Assembly (NCBI RefSeq): GCF_028641065.1
Contig: NC_073391.1
Location: 34,782,001 to 34,846,000 of the forward strand
Reading direction: 5' to 3'
Origin: Leucoraja erinacea
Lineage: Eukaryota
DNA: 64,000 bases
Part shown: positions 35,040-47,068 of the stretch, in pieces
Layout: the number at the start of each line of letters is the position of its first letter
How positions within the stretch are numbered: the stretch's first letter is position 1
Notes under the pieces: generated by a model
Database searches by the model: none
What the model was told of the DNA's origin: nothing
What the model saw: the letters and a program-made list of their open reading frames with translations, nothing else
Position numbers and translations under genes: made by a program

Positions 35040-35810
35040 AAAGGCCGAGCGGCCGCCCTGCCAGCACTGCCGTAAAGCGCAGCGGGCTCGAGTTAATAAG
35101 GGCGGGCGGGTGTCGTAAAGAGCGGCAGATGGTGGTGAAGATGGCGGCGGTGCCGGAGCCGCCGAGCGAAGGGGCAACTCCCGCAGCCACCGCGGTCCCA
35201 GCCCCGGCTCCCGTGCCCGTCCCCTCCCCGGCGCCCGTCCCCGCTGCATCCCCCGCACCCTCGCCGTCGCCCAGCCCGTCGCCGACGCTGGCGGTGAAGG
35301 CAGAGGCGGCGGAGAGCCCAGGGGCCGGGGCCGGGGCTGGGCCTGGCGGGGGCCCGGGAGTTGGAGCTGGGACCGGGACTGGGACTGGGACCGGGAGCTG
35401 GAGCCGCCCCCGCCCCTGCCCCCGCCCCCGGGACCGAGCTGAGCGAACGCCACACGCTGCTCGCCGTGCTGCAGTTCCTGAAGAAGAACCGCTTCCGTGA
35501 GGCGGAGGAGACGCTGCGGCGGGAGGCGAGCGTGCAGGAGGGGCCGGACGAGGCTCTGCGGGCGGCCGGGCCCCGCGGATCCGACTCCGTGCACCAGCCC
35601 GACGTCAGCTCGGTGCTGTCGGCCTACAGCAACCAGGGGGACCCCAGCCTGTACGAGGAGTACTACTGCGGCCTCAAGGCCTTCATCGAGGCGGCGCTGG
35701 ACGCGCTCAAGGCCGAGCTGGCCAGCCTCCTCTATCCGGTCTTCGTGCACCTCTACCTGGAGCTGGTGTACAACGAACACGAACGGGAGGCCCGCCTCTT
35801 CTTCCATAGG
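35040..35810. promoter_or_regulatory. CpG island over TAF5 promoter and exon 1
   Basis: Very high GC and CpG density; GC boxes GGGCGG near 35100. Confidence 0.8.
35141..35809 (+). CDS. TAF5: TAF5 exon 1 (low-complexity N-terminus, LisH, NTD2 start); apparent frameshift
   Basis: aagATGGCG start (upstream in-frame ATG at 35129); conserved part lies in another frame; donor AG|gtcagc. Confidence 0.85.
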
Positions 35811-38800
35811 TCAGCCCCAATGCAGTGTGGTGTGTGGGATATAACACTCAGTGTGTAAACCCCTGCAACCCAAGCACAGATGGGGGGGCCTGACACCTCT
35901 TCCACAGGTCAGCCCCAATGTACAGTGGTGTGTGGAATATAACTGTCAGCGTGTAATCCCTATTAAGTGGTGCGCTGGAGTACTGGTACATAATAGTACA
36001 CAAGTCTGACACTTCTTCCTCAGGTCAGCAGACAACACAATGTGGTGTGGAATGTACACCATAGTGTATAAACTCGTGTATCCAGATGAGAGGTCTCGCA
36101 TCTCTTCTAAGGTTAGCCCCAAAACATTATCTGAAGAAGGGTTTCGACCTGAAACGTCACCCATTCCTTCTTTCCAGAGATGCTGCCTGTCCCGCTGAGT
36201 TACTCCAGCATTTTGTGTGTACCTTCAGTGTATACACATAGAAACATATAAATTAGGTGCAGGAGTAGGCCATTCGGCCCTTCGAGCGTGTGGTGTGGTG
36301 TGCACAGTGAGGTGTGTGCACTTAGTGTGTAAATGTGTAAGCCCCTGTAACTGGAGCACTCGTGCACAATAGTACGCGTCTGACACTTCTTCCACATGTC
36401 ATCAGGTGCACAGTCTGGTTTGCAGTATTCCAGTCAGTGGGTAAACCCCTGTAACTGAGTGGGAGATCTGACACCTCTTCCACAGGTCAGCCTCCAATAC
36501 AGTGTGAACACTGTAAACCTCGAGCTGGGGCTCTAGTGCACAAGTCTGATACTCCCACAGGTCAGCAGCCCCAGTGCATTGTGAACACTAAGGTGGAATA
36601 ACGCTGATAGTATGCAAGCACCTGTAACTGAAGCACTAGTACACAAAAGTACATGTCTGACTCTTCTTCCTCAGGTCAGCAGCCAACACAGTTTGGTGGG
36701 CCGAAGGACCTGTTTAGGTCTGTACAGCTCCATTACTTTGTAACACATGGTGGTGTGTAAATCCTTGGAGCATGAATGGGAGGGTTCGCACTCGATATTG
36801 GCTTATTATTGTAATGTTCATGTGATAAGAATTTGGCCATTCGGCCCATCAAGTCTACTCTGCCATGGCTGATCTATCTCCCCATATCTTCTGACACCCG
36901 TACTAATCAATGGGTACAAGCTTTTGTTTGCATGCTATTCAGCCAAATACTATATACATTAGTCCAATCAATCTATACAAAGACACCAGGTAGTGCACCC
37001 AATGGCACAGCACAGTATGGTAGATTAAACAAATGACTGCAGCCCTTTGTCACCCCGTTAACCTGCTGCACGGTTTATTACAGGTACCACGGAGATCAGG
37101 AAGGCTACTACCATGATGACCTGCGGGTGCTGGCCGGCCTGTCCAAGAAGGAGCACATGCAGGGCAACGAGACAGTGCTGGACTTCCGCACCAGCAAGTT
37201 TGTGCTGCGCATCTCGCGGGACTCTTACCAGTGCCTGAAGCGACACCTGCAGGAGCAACACAACAACCAGATCTGGAACATTGTGCAGGAGCACCTCTTC
37301 ATCGATGTCTTCGACGGCATGCCCAGGAGCAAGCAGCAGATCGAGCTGACCTCCGGAGGGATGGCCGGCGAAGCCAAGAGGGAGGCAAACAAAACCAAGG
37401 TGTGGACTGGGTTACGATCGCTCTCCGCAGGGTGGGTGGAACTCTGACACCTCATCTTTTCTCCACACGGTTGGTTCATAGACCCCATGTCTTCTGCACA
37501 GGGTTAACTCGTAGACCCCACCCCATCTCCACAGGGTTGACTCATAGACCCCCATCCCATCTCCACAGGGTTGATTCATAGACCCCCACCCCATCTCCAC
37601 AGAGTGGGCTCTTGGACTCCACTACTTCTCTGCAGGATCTATGGGGAATCCAGGACCGTAGACCTTCTCTGTAAAGTTGGTGGGGAATCATGGACACCAC
37701 CCCATCTCTGCAGTATGGGTGGGGAACCCTGGAGCCTCGTTTCAGTTATCTAATGGATTAATGGGTTGAGGACCTTGATTGCCATATTAAGGAGAGGGAA
37801 GTTGTGCAGCTGCACAATTGGTGCCTAACAGCGCCAAAGACCCGCGTTCAATTCTGACCACACATGGTGTCTGGAGTTTGCAAGTTCTCCCTGTGACCGC
37901 GTGGGTTTTCTCGGGGTGCTCCGGTTTTCTCCCATATTCCAAAGATGTGCACGTTTATAGGTTAATTGGCTTCTGTAAATTGTCCCTTAGGTGCAGGACA
38001 GAACTAGTGAACTGGTGATCGCTGGTCAGCGCGGACTTGGTGGGCCAAAGGGCCTGTTTCCACGCTGCATCTCTAAACTAGGGAGGGGGAATGGAGCAGG
38101 TCAGGCTCGGGCTTGTCACTGTTGTCTTCCTCACAGAGATGCTGTCTGAGTTGTCTGTTTTAATTGCTGTTCTGAGCTGCCAGTGTGAGGAGCCACAGTG
38201 CAGATGTGGCCACTCGGGTGGGGAACAGGTGGGGAACGGGGGGGGGGAATCGGGGCTCAGCTAACTTGTACAAATCTTGGCAGGTGTTCTTTGGGCTGCT
38301 GAAGGAGCCCGAGATTGAACTGCCTCTGGATGACGAAGATGAGGAAGGAGAGAATGAGGAGGGCAAACCCAAGAAGAAGAAGCCGAAGAAGGACAGTCTG
38401 GGGGCCAAGAGCAAGAAGCAGGACCCTAATGCTCCTCAAGTGAACAGGTCCGTGGCAGGCACCATCACAGTGGGTAGACCAGACCAGCCCTGGTCCCCCG
38501 CTATAACGCTCAGTTAGTGACATTTTTTAAATGAATCAAGAGAAGGCGTTTTAAAATACCAATGGTGTTCATGGGGACAGGGGGACGTCTTCCATTCTGA
38601 GACCTTTTTGCTGCACTCACTCCATGGCAGGAACAACATAGGAGCTGTTCGCTCCACAGTATCACATGGAATAATTAAGTGTCAGATCCTGTGCCCAAAC
38701 AAGTCAATCACTACCAGATCTTTGGTCAGTTATACTGGCTCCATCCATACTTAGTTTTTCAAATCTCTCCTCATTCGCAACTCTGCCATATCTGTAACCT

Positions 38801-41800
38801 CCTTCAACCCACAACCCTCTGATATTGTAATTCCATTCTGGCCAGCTATTCAAACTTAATTGCTCTACCATTAATAAAGTCCAAAATGTTTAATTGACAT
38901 ATGTACCGACAATGAAATTCATACTTCACACGCCCACTAACCCAATAACACGTACAATATACAAAAATCAATGAAATTAATTAATAACCACTGGACTGGT
39001 AACCATACAGTGCAAAAAACTGTCTGTAGTGCAACCAAAGCATTTCACCGATGCTGAGGTTAGTGTGCAGTGTTCAAGAGTCTGTAGGAAAGAACTGCAG
39101 ATGCTGATTTAAATCGAAGGTAGACAAAATGCTGGAGTAACTCACTCAGCAGGACAGGCAGTATCTCTGGAGAGAAGGAATGGGTGATGTTTCGGGTCAA
39201 GACCCTTCTTCAGACTCTGGTGGTTGCTGGGAAGATTCTGTTCTTGAACCTGAAGGTCACAGTTTTCTACCTGATGGTAGCAGCGAGATGAAAGCGTGAC
39301 CAGGGTGGTGTGGGTGTTTGATGCTATTGGCTGCCTCTTAGTGGAAGCGCCTCCTGTAGTTCCCTTCGATGGTGGGGAGGTCAGTACCTGTGAGGCAGTA
39401 TCCACCACTCTCTGTAGTCTCCTTACCGAACCAGGGCATGATGCAACCAGCCAGCTGTGATTCAGTTGACCTGACTTCTGGAATTCTTTCCCTAAACCTC
39501 TCTCCATTTAATTGCATTAGTTAATGTTGTCTAGCTTTCGGATATTTTCCCAATGTCCCCTCTGGTCATTACTCTGTGTCGTAATATTTCTGTCAAGTGT
39601 CTTGGGAAAATGTTGTTATGGTACAGGTGCTATATAAATAGTGGTTCTTGTTGGTGCCATTGAGTTGTTTACAAGGCCATTTATTTAATCAACAAAGATT
39701 ACCTAGTTCTGAAGATAGTTTATACAAGATAATTTTGAAAACTGGCTCTTGCTTTTCCTGCATTACTAGATGCAATTCCTTTTCAAATTACTGCTTTAGC
39801 TGTTAAACATCACAATCAGTCCCACGGTATAAATGAAAGTCTAACTGCTTTCTTTCCTACTGATCAAAATCAATAACCCCACTCTCACCATCGACGGCAC
39901 CACTGTCTCCCCATCTCCCCAGGCCCGCAACCTTGGCGTGATCTTTGATTCCACCCTCTCCCTTGAGCCTCACATCCGCCATGTCATTAAAACCTTCTTT
40001 CATCTCCGCAACGTCGCCAAACTCAGACCCTCTCTCACACCTCCCGCTGCTGAAAGACTCATCCATGCCTTCATCTCCTCCCGACTGGACTACTGCAACT
40101 CGCTTCTCCTTGGCATCAGCTCCACCTACATCAACCGACTCCAACTGGTCCAGAACGCAGCTGCCCGACTCATCACCCACACCAAATCCTGGCATCACAT
40201 CACTCCAGTCCTCAAACAACTTCACTGGCTTCCCATCTCCCACCGGATCAACTAGAAAATCCTGATCCTCACCTACAAAGCCCTCCACCATCTGGCCCCC
40301 CCATATCTCACTGACCTCCTCTCCCCCTACCAACCCTCACAGTCCCTCAGATCCACATCAGCCGGTCTCCTCTCCATCCACGTCCAACCTCCGCAGTTTT
40401 GGGGACAGAGCCTTCTCCAGGGCAGCTCCCAGGCTCTGGAACTCCCTCCCCCAACTGATCCGCAATTCCGTGTCCCTCACCATCTTCCAGTCCCGCCTCA
40501 AGACCCATCTTTTCACCTCTGCCTATCCTTAGCCCCACGTCCCCCTCCCTTTTCATTTGTGCATTCATTGCCTCATATTGTGTTTTGTATTGAATTCTGT
40601 CTTTACTTTGTGTACTAGTCATGTCTCTACTATTTATTTCATTCCCCTTACATGTTTTTCTCTACCTGCTAAATTTTTGTAAGGTGTCCTTGAGACTCTT
40701 GAAAGGCGCCCATAAATAACATTTATTATTATTATTATTACTGAAGAATTCCACTTCCCGAGCTGAAGGACTCTGACAAGTTGGACAAGATCATGATAAT
40801 GAAGGAAGCCACGAAGAGGGTGAAGCTCGGTCCTGACTGCCTGCCTTCCATCTGCTTTTACACCTTTCTCAACGCCTATCAGGTGAATGATGTACTCCTT
40901 CTAAGTGGGAGTAGAACGGTGATGTCTGATGAATCACCACCTCTGATCAGGCCCTTTCCTTGCCGTGGCGGGCAGCAGATGTGTTGCAGTGTCAGTGCTT
41001 TTTGTCGATAAAAAGATGCCGGGACACACATCCTTCCTAGGGTCTACGGCAAATCGCCATCCTATAAGCTGTTAAACTATTTAGGGGTCTGACTGTCTAA
41101 TTTAATTAATTAATAACTATGTAATGCATTAATTAATGAACACATTTTATTTTTTTAACTTTTTGTAATAGTAAATACTCTTTTAAACAAAAAAAAAGTG
41201 AAAATCTAGTTTTTAACTTTTTAGAGGTGCCGATGCACTGTACTAATGCATGCCCTCACAAAAAGCAGTGCACAATGTGTTGGGAAGGATATTCTGCTGG
41301 TTAGAGGTCCAGGTGTACGGTGTTCCCTGGAAAAGATATTTAGTGTGCTTTGGGGGACAGATTGTATATTTTCAAAGTTTAAAGGAGATGTGCAGGGAAA
41401 GTATTTTTACATAGTTGAGTGCCTGGACCAATCTGCCAAGGGTGGTGATATAAGCAGATATGATAATGGTGTTTAAAAGCATTTTGGATTGACACATGGA
41501 TATGCAAGGAATGGAGTGATATGGGTTATGTGCTGGTAGATAAGAGTTGGGCTTGGCATTACGTTGTCCACAGATATTGTGGGCCAAAGGGCCTGTTCTG
41601 GTACTGTGCTGTTCTATGGTCTAATGAAGGTGAAATCGCTGATTTGTGCCATCTGTATGTGTGCTCTGGTAAACTAAGGTGCAAAGCCACGAAGAACACG
41701 GGAAAATCTCACTGAAATAAGCAAAATGATGAATGCCGTCTAAAATTCTCAGCACCAGGAGTTACTGTTTAGGACATGAAATCTTCATACTTAAAGGAGT

Positions 41801-44800
41801 TTGGAAGTTTGAACTGAGGTGGACTGCTTCTTGTTGTCGAGTGAGATCCAGGAAGGTTTAGGAATCAAGGGATATTGTGAACCAGGGCAAACTTCATGAG
41901 GAAGAGGCATGATCCTATTGAACGTGCAGCAGCATGATAGAATGTGTTCCTGGGGAGAACGATTACTAAATGGGTTAAAAGTGAATCTTCATATAATGCT
42001 TAATTATGGGCAGCATAGAGGCAGAGCAGGTAGAGCCGCTGCCTTACAGCTCCAGTGTTTGGGTTCGATCCTGACCCTGAGTGCTGTTTGTGTGGAGTTT
42101 GCACGTTTTCCCAGTGACCATGTGGGTATACATGGGTGCAGTATTTTCCTCCCAAAGACATGCAGATTGGTGAGTTAGTTGTCCCCCAGTTGTAGAAGCA
42201 TGGGAGTTGATGGGAATAGGTTAGTGCAAATGGGCGCTGAGGGTTGGCAGGGATTCGATGGGCCAAAAGGCCTGATTGCGTGACGAAGCATTAAAGGTAA
42301 AATTGGAGTTGCTCAATCTGTACACTACCTTGGTTGCATTGGGGATTCTGTGCACACTGCATCTTCCAACTTTGCGTGTGGTCTGCCTGGTCTCTGATCA
42401 CTGCCGTTCTGTTACTGGTCCAGGGTCTCACTGCGGTCGATTTCACCGACGATTCCAGTCTGATCGCGGGCGGGTTCGCCGATTCCACCGTGAGGGTGTG
42501 GAGCGCCACGCCGAAGAAGCTGCGGAGCGTCAAAGGGGCTACGGGTAAAGCATGCGGAACCCGGGATCCGGCTTTGGCAGTCTGCCTGTGGCTGTGAGAT
42601 TGTAGTGGGAAACGGAACTGGTCCAACTGGCAGCTGGGACTGCAAGAGTGGTGGCTATGATGCACTGTTAAATGATCTTCCCCATATTGCTTATTGTCCC
42701 ATTCCCCTCCGTAGGCTTGTTCATTCCACAGACACCAGTATAGAACAGCGCAGCAACAGGCCCTTTAGCCCACAATGTCCATGCCAAAAATGAATCCAAG
42801 TTAAATTAATCTCCTCAGCCTGCATATCCACATGCCTATCTAATTTTGATAGAATTTCTTAAGCCATGGTACCTATGTGTTGTACAAAACTGTGCAGGGT
42901 CTCTTCATGGGTATTTTCACGCTTCCTAGCCTCCTTTCCGTTGTTCTTTCAGGCCAGGTTTGACAGCTCACTGAGCTAGAATCATGTTCTGCTCCTTAGA
43001 CACAAACCGCTGTTTATCATCACACCTCACTTACACTGGCTTTGTCAATAGACTCTGTGTTGTGCTCCCCATATTCCTCCTGTCCCCACCCCTGCCACCC
43101 CCACACAAGGAGCTGGCTGCAGGATGGCTAGTGACTTGCTATTCTGCAAATGTCTCCTCCCTCCATGGGTTTTCCCAAGACTTTGTTTCCCAGGGAGATT
43201 TTGCCTGTAGATTCTCCATACCTCCAGCTGTGCACAGTAGTAGTGTGGAGCTCTGCATTTCTCTGGCACACGGTTTGAAGTGAGAGGTATAAGTAGCGGT
43301 GAAGGACTCGCCTCTCCCTTGGAGAGGGCTGAGTTTTTGTGAAATGTGTCTGGTCCAGTTGGGGAGTGAATGAGGGTGGTGGCAGAGTGAGGGTGGTGGC
43401 AGGGGGAGGGTGTGTTGGCCCTTGTTCTCAGTATGGGTGCAAACAGCAGTCTCACTGAGTGTTTTATCCAACACCTGCAGATCTCAGTTTAATCGACAAG
43501 GAATCTGAGGACGTGCTGGAGAGAATAATGGATGAGAAGTCTGCCTGCGAGTTTAAAATGTTACTGGGACATGGTGGCCCCGTGTACGGCACCAGCTTTA
43601 GTCCCGACAGGTGAGGCGCCTGGAAACTCTTAGATACAACGTTGTGCTCTTGGTCAGCTAATTGTTTTGTGGATGTTGATTGATGCATAAATTTAGTCCA
43701 ACGTTTGTGATGATGATATTGTCAGAGTGATACAGCAGGGAAATAGGCCCTTCGACCCACTGAGTCCACTCCAACCATCAACAATTCATTTATATTGACC
43801 CTACTTTTAAATTCTCCCCACATTCCCGTCAACTACCCCCTCTCAGATTCTACCTCACCCACACTCCAGGGGAAATTCGCAGCAGCCAATTAACCAACCG
43901 ACCCACGGGGGGTGGGGGGGGGAGGGGGACACAAACCAGAGTACAGAATACTTGGCCCATCAAGTCTATGGCACTACCTAACAGCAGCCCCGTCAGTCTC
44001 ATTGGCGGGTTTTTGACTCATAAACGAAGTGCAACAATTGACATGCAGTTAGCAGGTAGGATAATGACAGAAACATTCTGTGGCCGTGGGCTATTGTGAG
44101 TGACACTGTTCACTTTTGTTCTTCAGGAACTACCTTCTGTCCAGCTCGGAAGACGGGACGGTGAGGCTGTGGAGTCTACAAACCTTCACCTGCCTGGTGG
44201 GTTACAAGGGACATAACTACCCGGTGTGGGACACCCAGTTCTCTCCATACGGCTACTACTTCATTTCAGGGGGCCACGATCGAGTGGCACGGTGAGTGTG
44301 TGTGTGTCTGAACCATGACTGGCGGTGCGTTGTGTCTGAGTCACATCGCCCACCCCACTATGTTCATGCTGACAAGTGGCAGCCTCCTGTGTAAATCCCA
44401 TCTCCCTGCACTTGCATTAGCACCAACATCTAAAGAAAAACAATGAACAGCACATGCTGGGTTATAACAATGATAGACACAACGTGCTGTAGTAGCCCAG
44501 CAGATCGAGCAACATCTCTGGAGAAAAAGGACGGGTGACGTTTTGGGTCGGACAGTCTGAAGAATGGTCTTGACCCAAAACATCACCCATCCTTTTTCTC
44601 CAGAAATGCTGTCTGACCCACTGAGTCACTCCAACATTTTGTGTCAACATTTAACTTACCATTTACTTGGAAAGCATCTTGAAGTAGTATGACATGCAGA
44701 ACGTAAACAGGCCATTTGGCCCAACCAGATAAGGTTCCTGCCCGTGTTTAACCCAGATTTCCCCGAGCCTTTCATATCCACGTATCTCTGAAGGTTCCCG

Positions 44801-47068
44801 ACCCAAAATCTTGTCTATCCATGTCGACCAGAGATGTTGCCTGACCCTCTGAGTTACTCCAACATGGGATCCTTAATTTTGCTAGCCCGAGCTGTCTCCT
44901 CCCCTTCCTTAACCCTCGAGCTGTCTCCTCCCACCCCCCCCCCCCCCCCCCGCTCTCGGGCTCCTCCTCCTCCCCCTTTCCTTCCTTCTCCCCTCCCACC
45001 CCACCCCCCATCAGTCTGAAGAAGGGTTTCGGCCTATTTTCTTCGCTCCATAGATGCTGCTGCACCCGCTGAGTTTCTCCAGCAATTTTGTGTTACTCCA
45101 ACACTTTGTTTTGCTCAACTTTCTAACATTTGCAATTCCTTTGTTTCTTCTCTCTATCCATATAGCTGCCCAAATGTCTTTTAAATGTTATTGTACTTGC
45201 CTCCTCTGGCAGCTCGTTCCATATACTCACCATCTAACTGAAAACATTGCCCTTCAAGTTAGTCATACAGAACAGGCATTTGGCCCAACTCATCCATTCC
45301 GACCAAGGTGTCCATTAATGTTTGTTCTGCCGGCTCACGTTTGACCCATATCGTTCTCAAATGTTCCTATCTATGTACCTGTCCCAGCTGTCTTTTAAAT
45401 GTTGTGCCTGCCTTAACTACAGCTCATTCCATATAGCTACCACCCTTTTGAGTGGAAAGGTTTGCCTGTCATGTTCCTATTAAATCTTTCTGGGCACCTT
45501 AGATGACTGTCCACTTTATCTACACCTCTTGTGATTTTATAAATCTGCATACTAAGGGCTCAGTAAACGCAAATTGCTGTTTTTGACTGAGTTGCCGTGA
45601 CCTGTGTATTTATGTGAATGTGCCGTGAACATGATCATCACATTGTGATGTTCCACCCGCCAGGCTCTGGGTGACAGACCACTACCAGCCTCTGCGAATC
45701 TTCTCTGGTCATCTCTCTGATGTCACCTGCACCAGATTTCACCCCAACTCCAACTACGTGGCAACTGGATCTGCAGACAGGACCATCCGGCTCTGGGACG
45801 TTCTGAACGGCAACTGCGTGCGAATCCTGACTGGACACAAGGTGGGCAGCCCGGCACGGGTGGCTGGCAGGGACCTGGCCGAGACGGGCGTTAGTAACGG
45901 CCTCTCATTTCTCACGCTAGGGGCCGATCCACTCGCTGGCGTTTTCTCCCAGCGGCAGGTACCTGGCGTCAGGCGCCACGGACGGACGGGTGCTGCTGTG
46001 GGACATCGGGCACGGGCTGCTGGTGGGGGAGCTAAACGGCCACACGGACACCGTCTACTCTCTCAAGTTCAGTCGGGACGGCGAGATACTAGCCTCAGGT
46101 GAGACCCTTCATCTCTTGCAATTCGGGGGCAGGGTGGGATCTTCCGTGAAGATCAACATTCCCGTCTGTTCTAAGGTGGTGATAGGCATTTTCCCATTGG
46201 CATGTTCAGTTATGGGACTCTGAATGGTAGGGTCCTGGGAAATGTTGTAGAACAAAGGGATCTGGACTACGTAGAATATATTACAATATAGCACATGAAC
46301 GGATCCTTACGGATGCTAGACACAAAATGCTGGAGTAACTCAGCAGCATCTCTGGAGAGAAGGAATGGGTGACGTTTTGGGTCGAGACCCTTCTTCAGAC
46401 TGGGTCTCGACCTCGACCCCAGTGTGTTAAAAGAAGCACGGGAACTGGTGCCCCAGTGCAAGGACCCGGGGAAATAAACACCTGGTGAAGTAGGTGCCGA
46501 ACTATTGACATTTTTGAATAGTTGGGTAGCGGACTGCCAGTTTTCCTGCATGCAGTTGTCATGTTGGTATTTGTGGGATTGCACTGTGTAAATTCACTGC
46601 TGTACTTCTGCGGTTACAACACCCTTTGGAGTTTATTGCATGGGACAGTATTGCTGAGACGGTAGGATGGAATATGCACTACAGATCATGGGCAATTGCC
46701 AGAGTGTACAGTGTGTGAACACTCAATGATACAGCCCAGATGGTGGCAGGCTGGAGTGATGAATATGGGTCCTGGTCGCAGTACCCACTGGTGAAACTGG
46801 GGGCTCCATGGATGTGCAGGGAATGCCTGACTCGTGCTTTGTTGTTGCAGGCTCCATGGATCACACGGTGAAGATGTGGGATACGATCAAGGCCTTTGAG
46901 GATCTGGAGACGGACGATTTTAGCACTGCCACCGGCCACATCAACCTGGCCGACAACTCACAGGAGCTGCTGCTGGGCTCCTACATGACCAAGTCCACGC
47001 CAGTCATCGGCCTGCACTTCACCCGCCGCAACCTGTTGTTGGCTGCCGGGGCCTACAATCCCCAGTGA
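35141..47068 (+). CDS. TAF5: TFIID subunit 5 (NTD1/LisH, NTD2, WD40 repeats), 10 coding exons, about 757 aa after correcting a 1-nt frameshift in exon 1
   Basis: Exons 35141-35809, 37084-37399, 38284-38447, 40747-40882, 42424-42544, 43481-43610, 44127-44291, 45664-45841, 45921-46098, 46851-47068. Peptides LLAVLQFLKK, YPVFVHLYLELVYN, DFRTSKFVLRISRDSY, LPSICFYTFLNAYQ, WD40s, C-terminal HFTRRNLLLAAGAY. Confidence 0.97.
35795..36690. repeat. Degenerate tandem repeat (units of about 75-115 bp) copying the TAF5 exon 1/intron 1 junction
   Basis: CTCTTCCACAG-GTCAGC recurs 7-8 times. Confidence 0.85.
37084..37399 (+). CDS. TAF5: TAF5 exon 2
   Basis: YHGDQEGYYHDDLRVL...EANKTK; 316 nt, phase consistent. 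Confidence 0.95.
37455..37730. repeat. Minisatellite (CTCCACAGGGTTGACTCATAGACCCC-like)
   Basis: Repeated unit of about 35 bp in TAF5 intron 2. Confidence 0.8.
38284..38447 (+). CDS. TAF5: TAF5 exon 3
   Basis: VFFGLLKEPEIELPLDDED...DPNAPQVN. Confidence 0.95.
39864..40738 (+). mobile_element. 5'-truncated L2 LINE, same family as 16430-18262, in TAF5 intron 3
   Basis: Near-identical to about 17370-18260; flanking TACTGA duplication; (TAT)n tail. Confidence 0.95.
40747..40882 (+). CDS. TAF5: TAF5 exon 4
   Basis: IPLPELKDSDKLDK...FLNAYQ; acceptor gaag directly after an L2 (TAT)n tail. Confidence 0.93.
42424..42544 (+). CDS. TAF5: TAF5 exon 5
   Basis: GLTAVDFTDDSSLIAGGFADSTVRVWS. Confidence 0.95.
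43481..43610 (+). CDS. TAF5: TAF5 exon 6
   Basis: DLSLIDKESEDVLERIMDEK...GHGGPVYGTSFSPD. Confidence 0.95.
44127..44291 (+). CDS. TAF5: TAF5 exon 7
   Basis: NYLLSSSEDGTVRLWSLQTFTCLVGYKGHNYPVWD. Confidence 0.95.
45664..45841 (+). CDS. TAF5: TAF5 exon 8
   Basis: LWVTDHYQPLRIFSGH...FHPNSNYVATGSADRT. Confidence 0.95.
45921..46098 (+). CDS. TAF5: TAF5 exon 9
   Basis: GPIHSLAFSPSGRYLASG...FSRDGEILAS; follows a 79-nt intron. Confidence 0.95.
46851..47068 (+). CDS. TAF5: TAF5 last coding exon
   Basis: GSMDHTVKMWD...LLLAAGAYNPQ*; AATAAA at 47701-47706. Confidence 0.95.

Noticed and set aside
35013-35807. 264-aa antisense ORF over TAF5 exon 1
   Set aside because: Expected stop-poor shadow frame of GC-rich coding sequence; no recognisable domain.
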